Below, in pieces: positions 13,681 through 20,129 of a DNA stretch of 20,129 nucleotides. This stretch comes from a virus. Under the pieces are notes generated by a model that saw only the letters and a list, made by a program, of their open reading frames with translations, had not been told where the DNA came from and did not search any database. Position numbers and translations under genes: made by a program. How positions within the stretch are numbered: the first letter of the stretch is position 1; each line of letters opens with the position of its first letter. The stretch is taken from the IMG/VR virus record IMGVR_UViG_3300045988_106376, positions 1 to 20,129 of that record; one strand, 5' to 3'.

Positions 13681-15870
13681 ATGAGTATAGGAGTTGTTAA
13701 CAGTCAGTTTACACCACAAAGTAAAATTTATCTTTTAAAAGGCTTAGAAATTGACGCAATGAATAACACGTTTTGGGGTGCATTCGATACCCCCGAAAAA
13801 CAATTTAATTTTTTTATTAATAACTATGATCATATTGTATTTGAAAATTACACGTATCAAAGAAAAGATGGTACGGTAGTTGTACCCGGTGTTTATGATG
13901 ATCTACGTTTATACAATTATTTAATTTATCAAAATGGTTCTACAGGAAATAAAGCAAAATGGATTTACTGCTTTATTACAAGTTTAGGGTACTTAAATGA
14001 CAACGCCACAAGTATTAGTTTTGAAACAGATGTAATACAGACTTGGCGTTTTGAAATTGAAGAAAACTTTATGGAATCATACATCGCATATGAACATAGA
14101 CCACAATTTTACACACAAGATAATCAATATTACCCATGTATTAATACACAGCCCGAAAATTTAGAAATTGGAACGGATTTAATAAGCGAAAACAATATTA
14201 GATTAGACCCGAATCAAGATAAAAGTTATGCTATTATTGGAATGACATGCACAATGGACGGAAAAGACACATATACACATGGTACGCTAGGAAGTCCATC
14301 ACAAATTAATTATTATATTTTTCCTTTTTCGAGAAATACAGGCGGTGATATAAAAACATTAAAAATAGGCTCAACATCCGGAGCGGTTGTAACTATTAAT
14401 GGTTTAAGTGAAATTATGAACGCAATACGATCAGATGAAAAATTAGTCGGTAAATGTGTTTCTATTGTTGTAACGAATTCAATTCCCGGTTTAGTAGTAG
14501 AAGATGACCAAATTATCATAAAAAGAGATTGTTTTGAGAGTAAAATGGAAGGTAACTATACTATACTAACTTATAAGCCTTATGCTATGTCTAATATGTA
14601 TGATTCTAGTTCAGACCAATTCGCAAAATCACGTTTGATAGACGCTATGAGTTATTTAGGTATTGGAGTAGGTGACAATACTAAAATGCTATGGTATCCA
14701 TATAGTTATTTTGTATTAAGCGATAGCAATGGAACAACAAAATTATTCAAAAATGAGTTATGGGAAGATATACATAAAATGCAATTTGCTTTTGTTGGCT
14801 CGCCTAACTCATCTAAAATGAATGTAGTTCCAATTAATTATAAAGTTAAAAAGCATTCTATCGGTAATAATATCATGCTAAACTTAGACAACTCTTTTGA
14901 GTCTCAATATGAATCTAGTTTACCTATTATTAGTGACACGACCGCTTTAATGCTACAATCATCACGTAACTCTATGAATGTTGGGTTATCCAATATTAGA
15001 AGATCAAATGAAACAAATTCAGCTATAGCCAGCGCAACAGGTAATGCATTAAGTGCTCAGACAAGCTTACAAAATAACTTAAATTTAAGTGTTACCGCAC
15101 GTAACACAAATTTAGCTAGTAATTTGAACGATTTACAGAACAAATCAAATATGATAAATGCCAGTATAGGCGCTATAGGTGGTTTAAGTGGTGGTATCGC
15201 AAGCGCGTTAACCGGTAATATTGGTGGTGCGGTAGGTAGTTTAGTTGGAGCTAGTTTAGGTGTTGGACAAACGGCAATGCAAAATCAAATCAATACAAAA
15301 CAAACTAATTTACAAAATGCAAATGCACTTGCTAATGCAAACGCACAGGCTAGCGCTAATAGTCAATCAACAGAAATCGGAAATCAATTAAGACAATTAA
15401 CAACACGATACCAAAATCAAACAAACATTCAAAATGCTATGGATAGTTACAATGCACGTATTCACGACGCACAAGCAACTGCCGACAGTATTGTAACCGG
15501 TTCAAATGATCTACTACGACAAACGGCTTTAGATTTAAACACGTTAATATTGTTTGCATATAAACCAACTGAAGAATATCGCAATAAATTAAACCAAATA
15601 TGGGACATGCGAGGTTATGCCACAAATGCAATTGACTATCCAAATTTACATTCTAAGTCGGCATGGAATTATATTCAGACCGTAAAGTGTAATATTAAAG
15701 GTACAAACATCGACCCGATCGATTTGGAAAAAATCAAACGTGTGTTTGATAATGGTATTACACTATGGCATGATAAAAATGTTGGAAATTATGATCGTAA
15801 AAACACTGAAAGATATCAACATGAAAATATTGATAAATTCGGTAACTACTTAAATAGAAAAGTTCATTAA
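13681..15870 (+). CDS. Tail knob / distal tube protein (phi29 gp9-like)
   Basis: ATG 13681 has AAAGGAG 9 nt upstream; the ORF-track ATG 13672 lies in the RBS. [47 protein letters not shown] and [42 protein letters not shown] parallel phi29 gp9 segments as I recall them (KWFYAFVTELEF...[32 protein letters not shown]...[23 protein letters not shown]). Confidence 0.85.
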   Translation: [729 protein letters not shown]

Positions 15871-15873
15871 ATG

Positions 15874-15903
15874 AAAAAAGGTTGACGGTTCAACCTTTTT
15901 TAT
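15874..15903 (+). terminator. Rho-independent terminator after the tail knob gene
   Basis: aaggttga (15878-15885) pairs with tcaacctt (15890-15897), loop cggt. Flanking A and T runs extend the stem. Confidence 0.75.
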
Positions 15904-15933
15904 TTAACATATAATTAAAAGGAGATGATTAAA

Positions 15934-16875
15934 ATGGATTTATTGAATGATACGAGCTCTTACACAGATTATTGTAGAAATGCGGTTGATGTTGCTACGA
16001 TGAATAATGGTGAGGCAGATTTTATATATTATACGTATTTACAAATGTTAAGTTTAAATATGTTTAAATATAAAGGTTTACCCGAATCCATTAACACATT
16101 CTATTTAGAATATGTTTTACAAACACGTGGTTACATTGGTTTTTATGATGATGAAAGATTAGGTTTAATTTGTAGTGAAATCACATTAGGCGGTAAGTTA
16201 AACCACTATCAAATGCCAACCGGATACCATACAGTATCAACAAGTCCACTTGTTAAAAAGAATTTATCAAGTGAAGAGTGTGTTGTTATGAAAAACAGTC
16301 CTTTATATGTGGGTATTTTCCCATACTTAAATTTTTTCGCTAAAAAACTAGCCCTAACAAGTCGCACAATGGACCAAAATTTGACCATGCAATGGACACC
16401 GTACATCATTACAGGTGATAAACGTATGTTACAGCAATTCAAAGTGTTTATGAAAAAAATCTTACAAGGAGTTCAAACGATCTTTACTTCAAAAGGTTTC
16501 AGAACGGAAGATGTTAATGTATTACAGACAAATGCACCTTTTATTGCGGATGAGTTACACGGCATGAAACAAGCGATTTTGCGTGAATGTATGACACTAT
16601 TAGGCATTGAAAATGCAAACATGGACAAAAAAGAGCGATTAGTTGCGGATGAGGTCAACGCTAACAACCAGCAGGTTATCGCGTCTAGAAACATTTGGTT
16701 AAGCGAACGTAAAAAAGCGATTGAAGAATTAAATAAAAAATTTAATTTAAACGCAAGTGTAGAGTTCGCACCATATGGGGACTTTGAGGACATCTTGAAA
16801 TTGATTGAATTAGACGGTGATACAAGTCTTTCAGATTTTAAAGACGATCTAACAATTAAAAAAGAAGGTGATTAA
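15934..16875 (+). CDS. Portal / upper collar (connector) protein, phi29 gp10-like
   Basis: ATG 15934 has AAAGGAG 9 nt upstream. LPESINTFYLEYVLQTRGYIGFYDDE and MTLLGIENANMDKKERLVADEVNANNQQV parallel phi29 gp10 [26 protein letters not shown] and [29 protein letters not shown], from memory. Confidence 0.9.
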   Translation: MDLLNDTSSYTDYCRNAVDVATMNNGEADFIYYTYLQMLSLNMFKYKGLPESINTFYLEYVLQTRGYIGFYDDERLGLICSEITLGGKLNHYQMPTGYHTVSTSPLVKKNLSSEECVVMKNSPLYVGIFPYLNFFAKKLALTSRTMDQNLTMQWTPYIITGDKRMLQQFKVFMKKILQGVQTIFTSKGFRTEDVNVLQTNAPFIADELHGMKQAILRECMTLLGIENANMDKKERLVADEVNANNQQVIASRNIWLSERKKAIEELNKKFNLNASVEFAPYGDFEDILKLIELDGDTSLSDFKDDLTIKKEGD

Positions 16876-16876
16876 T

Positions 16877-17596
16877 ATGTTTAAAAAATTAAAAGTACCT
16901 AATTATTTGTTGACTTTACAAAGTCCGGTCCTAGCTGAGAACACTGAAACCATATGCGGTGTATGTCACAATCTAGCATTTACAGAGTTAATTGACACCA
17001 AATATGAATTAAGCGATATGGAAGTGTTAGAGATCGCGCGTAAAAAGATTTTCGATTTTAACTATCCTTTTTATGATGAACTTGAAAAACGTAAAGCACT
17101 AGAAACGGGAATTTTAAAACATTTTTGGTTTGACGAGATCGGTCAAGAAACCTATGCGTATTGGAAATTTGAGCTTCAACACTGGTTTGAAATCAATATG
17201 GATAGATATTATACGTTATTTAAAACTATTCCTTTTCAAGACCAGGACGACCCGACCGCAAACACAAACTATACAGAAACATACACGCGTGATAGTCGAG
17301 GAAACACACAAGCAAGTGGAGAAGATACGAGTATCGCTTTACAATCTGTAACTCCGGAAGGACGTATTGACATTGAGACAAACGACTATGTTAATAACAT
17401 CGCTAAGACAATCACCAAACCAAAAAGCGCAAATGATACGACAGGACATGAAGAGTATAGTTTTAAGCGTAAAGGTAATATCGGTATTCAAACATTAGCA
17501 GAAGTATTACAAGGCTCACGACGTGCGGTTATTACCATCGAGAACGAGTTATACGCGGAATTACAAGAATACGGTTTATTTTTCAATATTTTTTAA
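16877..17596 (+). CDS. Lower collar protein (phi29 gp11-like by position and size)
   Basis: ATG 16877 has AAGAAGGTGA upstream. It immediately follows the portal gene and is 239 aa. The call rests on synteny only. Confidence 0.6.
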   Translation: MFKKLKVPNYLLTLQSPVLAENTETICGVCHNLAFTELIDTKYELSDMEVLEIARKKIFDFNYPFYDELEKRKALETGILKHFWFDEIGQETYAYWKFELQHWFEINMDRYYTLFKTIPFQDQDDPTANTNYTETYTRDSRGNTQASGEDTSIALQSVTPEGRIDIETNDYVNNIAKTITKPKSANDTTGHEEYSFKRKGNIGIQTLAEVLQGSRRAVITIENELYAELQEYGLFFNIF

Positions 17597-17614
17597 ATAT
17601 AGGAGGTAATTAAT

Positions 17615-18340
17615 ATGAATATTGATGTAAATAAATATTATGATTATAGAAGAAAAGTATTAGGTACATATGTAGATCGTGATGGTGCTTACGGTTCACA
17701 GTGTTGGGATTTGTATTTTGATTGGTGTGAAAAGAACGGCTTTAAGGGCGCAAATTGTACAAGTAGCGGATATGTTAAAGATATTTGGTTAAACCGACAA
17801 ACAAATGGAATGACACAAAATTGTGTTGAAATTACTGAATTACAACCGGGTGCAATCGTTGTATTTAAAGAAGTACCAAATATTACACCCTGGAGCCACG
17901 TCGCTATTTTTGACAGTGATATAAACGGTGCATACGGTCGCTTTTTAGGTGCGAACCAAGGTGATAAGAACGGTTTAGTGAATATTGTTTCACTACCATA
18001 TTCAGCTACATTTGACACGGCTTTCATGCCTAAAGCTATGATTTTAAGTGATGAAAAAACTGATAAAGTTTTAAATGAAATTCCAAGTGATTTTATTAAA
18101 GAATATGGTACATTCTATCCAAATTGTACAATTAAAATCAGAGAAGCACCAAGTCAAAAAGGAAATGACACGGGTCTATATTATACAAGAGGTATGAGTG
18201 TACGATATGACGGTTATGTTAAACGTGATGGGTATGTGTGGATTAGTTGGATTAGTAGCAGCGGTAAACGTCGATGGATGGCTGGCGGTGAATTAAATTC
18301 AAAGGGTATTAATTACTTACCTTATGGAGTATTCAAATGA
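17615..18340 (+). CDS. Endolysin: N-terminal CHAP domain plus C-terminal SH3b (SH3_5-like) wall-binding domain
   Basis: AGGAGG is the RBS. The CHAP catalytic Cys context is GAYGSQCWDL and the His context is PWSHVAIF. The C-terminal VRYDGYVKRDGYVWISWISSSGKRRWMA is typical of SH3b. Confidence 0.85.
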   Translation: MNIDVNKYYDYRRKVLGTYVDRDGAYGSQCWDLYFDWCEKNGFKGANCTSSGYVKDIWLNRQTNGMTQNCVEITELQPGAIVVFKEVPNITPWSHVAIFDSDINGAYGRFLGANQGDKNGLVNIVSLPYSATFDTAFMPKAMILSDEKTDKVLNEIPSDFIKEYGTFYPNCTIKIREAPSQKGNDTGLYYTRGMSVRYDGYVKRDGYVWISWISSSGKRRWMAGGELNSKGINYLPYGVFK

Positions 18341-19353
18341 CAAAGTCGATTGAATGGTACAGTCCTACCAACATAAAGTCATACAACAAATTTTTAAATT
18401 TTATCATTGGCGGTCGTGGTATCGGTAAAACCTATGGGTTCAAAAAAGACTGTATTAGTCGATATAAGAAAAAAGGAAAACAATTTCTTTATCTACGTCG
18501 TTACAAAACAGACCTAAAGAAAATCAAAACATTTCTTAATGATCAATTTGAAAATTTCAAAGATGATGAATTTAAAATTACAGGTGGTAGCAACTTTACC
18601 ACCTTTTATATAAATGGTTGTGAAATGGGATACGCCACATCTTTAACAGCTTTTGCAAGTTTAAAATCAACTAGTTATGTAGATATCGATACAATTATTG
18701 TCGACGAGTTTATACCCGAAAAGGCAGGATTTAACGCATACATACCGAATGAAGTTGAAATATTATTAAATATTATTGATTCTATATTTAGACAACGAGA
18801 AGGACATGTATATTTATTGGCTAATAACGCAAGTATCGTTAACCCTTATTTTAGTTATTTTGGAATCACACCCGAGCCTAACAAAGAATTTAATACTTTT
18901 AAAGGCAATGAATCCGTCGAACAAATCGTTGTACAAATCTGTCACAATGAATATAAAAAAGGAAACAAAGAAAAATCGAAATTCCATAAATTAATTTCCG
19001 GGACTACGTACGGAGATTATAACGCTGGTAAGTTTGCATATGATACAAACGACTTTATTAAAAAGAAAACAAATGTTTGTGATTATTTATGTACACTATA
19101 CTATGATGATATCTATTATGGTGTTTGGATAGATATGAATACAGGCTATGTGTATATCAACCAACAGATAAACAAAGAATATGGATATTGTTATTCTATT
19201 GGAAGTAATAACCGCGAGAATATGATGATCGCAAAATTATGGCGTAAGGACCAACGACTAAACATGTTAATAAGATCCTATCGTGATGGATGTGTATATT
19301 ACAACAACCAAGAAACAAAACGATTATTAAGCTATATATTAAGTAAATATTAA
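18337..19353 (+). CDS. DNA encapsidation (packaging) ATPase, phi29 gp16-like
   Basis: ATGA overlap with the endolysin stop. Walker A is IIGGRGIGKTY and Walker B is DTIIVDEF. YIPNEVEILLNIIDSIFRQRE and VNPYF parallel phi29 gp16 YIPNEVSALLNLMDTVFRNRE and VNPYF, from memory. Confidence 0.92.
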   Translation: MTKSIEWYSPTNIKSYNKFLNFIIGGRGIGKTYGFKKDCISRYKKKGKQFLYLRRYKTDLKKIKTFLNDQFENFKDDEFKITGGSNFTTFYINGCEMGYATSLTAFASLKSTSYVDIDTIIVDEFIPEKAGFNAYIPNEVEILLNIIDSIFRQREGHVYLLANNASIVNPYFSYFGITPEPNKEFNTFKGNESVEQIVVQICHNEYKKGNKEKSKFHKLISGTTYGDYNAGKFAYDTNDFIKKKTNVCDYLCTLYYDDIYYGVWIDMNTGYVYINQQINKEYGYCYSIGSNNRENMMIAKLWRKDQRLNMLIRSYRDGCVYYNNQETKRLLSYILSKY

Positions 19354-19355
19354 AA

Positions 19356-19385
19356 TAAAAAGAGTGCCATTAATGCACTCTTTTA
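19356..19385. terminator. Bidirectional terminator between the convergent late and right-early operons
   Basis: agagtgc (19361-19367) pairs with gcactct (19375-19381), loop cattaat. An A-run lies on one side and a T-run on the other. Confidence 0.8.
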
Positions 19386-19390
19386 AGTTC

Positions 19391-19567
19391 TCATTTTAAA
19401 TCATATTTACCAACAGTATATAAATAATATTCATGTTTATAGCCGTACTTTTCAAAATACTTATTATACATATCTTGAACAATTTTATAGTCTGTATTAT
19501 GTATTACAATTAAACCGTCGAATGTAAAATAAAACTCAAAATTTATAGGCTTATCTATCATTAACAT
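19391..19567 (-). CDS. Hypothetical right-early protein, 58 aa (below the ORF-track cutoff)
   Basis: Minus-strand ATG at 19565-19567 has AAGGAGAC 8 nt upstream. Translation: MLMIDKPINFEFYFTFDGLIVIHNTDYKIVQDMYNKYFEKYGYKHEYYLYTVGKYDLK. The stop lies just before the bidirectional terminator. Confidence 0.55.
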   Translation of the reverse strand: MLMIDKPINFEFYFTFDGLIVIHNTDYKIVQDMYNKYFEKYGYKHEYYLYTVGKYDLK

Positions 19568-19604
19568 TTTTTAGTCTCCTTGTTAATTTGTAATTACTCA
19601 TACA

Positions 19605-19847
19605 CTAACCATTCTTTACGATTCTACAAACTTCTTTAAGATTGTTATTGATATGCTCATTCAAATAAATATAATCAGAATAATTAATATCTTTATCATT
19701 GTAAACCCTTTCACACATAACTAAACAAATACTTGTATAATCACTTAAAGCTTGTAGAACATTAGGTAGTTCGTGGCAACCTTTAATCTTTGATATTACA
19801 TCATTGTATTGTGTTTCAAGTACTTCTTTATATTTTTCTTTAGTCAT
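19605..19847 (-). CDS. Hypothetical right-early protein, 80 aa
   Basis: The start MTKEKYKEV at 19847 has AAGGAGGG 7 nt upstream. The ORF-track start 19886 lies inside the promoter and ITR. It is the first gene downstream of the right ITR promoter. Confidence 0.65.
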   Translation of the reverse strand: MTKEKYKEVLETQYNDVISKIKGCHELPNVLQALSDYTSICLVMCERVYNDKDINYSDYIYLNEHINNNLKEVCRIVKNG

Positions 19848-19874
19848 ATTATGACCCTCCTTCTTTTCACCTAT

Positions 19875-19902
19875 AATATAGCACACCTATTCTAGAATAC
19901 AA
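19875..19902 (-). promoter_or_regulatory. Right early promoter, the ITR-borne twin of the left one (TTGTAT-16 nt-TGcTATATT on the minus strand), with the same palindrome at 19888-19899
   Basis: The -35, spacer and first four bases of the -10 lie inside the ITR and are identical to the left promoter. The last two -10 bases differ (TATATT versus TATAAT). It reads into the minus-strand ORF starting at 19847. Confidence 0.6.
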
Positions 19903-20129
19903 GTGTTTTTGTAATTTCACATAATTCACTACGGACCCTAGCGTGTCATTGTTTCACGTGGAACATTTTAGTGTGATGGTGTGTGGTGTTGTGTAATGTC
20001 GTGCTATGTAGTGTGGTGCGGTGTGGTGAGCGGAGCGAACCCAGACCGAGCAACGCGAGGCGGTTTGGTTTGTGTTCATGTACTGTGAACATGTGTTCGA
20101 CAATGGGGAACAGGGTTATGCTGACACTC
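19877..20129. repeat. Right inverted terminal repeat (ITR), 253 bp
   Basis: Exact reverse complement of 1-253. Confidence 0.95.
19969..20028. repeat. Mirror copy of the six phased 10-bp repeats inside the right ITR (GT-rich on + strand)
   Basis: Reverse complement of 102-161, for example gtgtgatg at 19971-19978 and gtgtggtg at 20021-20028. Confidence 0.85.

Noticed and set aside
7311-16876. Longer N-terminal extensions given by the ORF track (starts at 5102, 7311, 8929, 9275, 12198, 13672, 15925, 16868, 19886)
   Set aside because: In each case the upstream start codon lies within or immediately next to the Shine-Dalgarno sequence (for example AAAGGAGATGATTAAAATG) or inside the preceding gene. 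A downstream ATG has canonical 5-9 nt spacing.
5826-16879. Recurrent motif AAAG(G)AGGTGATTWAnATG before several late genes (5826, 8933, 13666, 15918, 16862), considered as a possible regulatory box
   Set aside because: It is explained by an extended Shine-Dalgarno sequence complementary to the 3' end of Firmicute 16S rRNA (…AUCACCUCCUUUCU), followed by an AT-rich spacer. No extra function is needed.
12807-18994. Other nested ORFs (12807-12992, 13038-13232, 13051-13236, 14313-14519, 15437-15643, 16209-16442, 16473-16793, 17130-17351, 17689-18027, 18776-18994)
   Set aside because: Each lies inside a structural or enzymatic gene supported by homology or motifs, and each lacks its own RBS.
1-20129. 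Inverted terminal repeats, considered as the ends of a transposon or IS-like mobile element
   Set aside because: There is no transposase, integrase or target-site duplication. The presence of a terminal protein and a protein-primed polymerase explains the ITRs as replication origins of a linear phage genome.
1-20129. Search for lysogeny functions, tRNAs and rRNA fragments
   Set aside because: There is no integrase-like or repressor-sized ORF and no cloverleaf-capable GC-rich segment outside the ITR. The genome looks strictly lytic.

Overview
The window reads as one complete, linear, protein-primed podophage genome (phi29-like) from a low-GC Gram-positive host. Identical 253-bp inverted terminal repeats (ITRs) lie at both ends (1-253 and 19877-20129) and are much more GC-rich than the AT-rich body. 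Each ITR carries an inward-facing sigma-A-type promoter with a 12-bp palindrome over it. From the left promoter, a + strand early operon encodes four small unknown ORFs, a phi29 p5-like SSB, the terminal protein, a family-B protein-primed DNA polymerase, two membrane proteins and a small RHH-like protein. A non-coding stretch of about 150 nt follows (5338-5491) and ends in a strong terminator. I propose it as a packaging RNA (pRNA) candidate, because its position matches the phi29 pRNA and it folds into a pRNA-like shape. A near-consensus promoter at 5493-5521 then drives the late genes on the + strand. In order these are: scaffold, major capsid protein with an Ig-like C-terminus, a 274-aa fibre, a coupled 239-aa unknown, holin and a 961-aa beta-helix appendage protein. 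The appendage protein carries a long 23-aa repeat shaft. Next come a 71-aa unknown, an M23-plus-lysozyme tail hydrolase, tail knob, portal, lower collar, CHAP-SH3b endolysin and packaging ATPase. A bidirectional terminator separates this block from two leftward right-early ORFs driven by the right ITR promoter. I found no integrase, repressor module, tRNA or CRISPR. Homology calls rest on motifs I recognise and on my memory of phi29 proteins; no searches were run. The host genus cannot be determined from the sequence alone.
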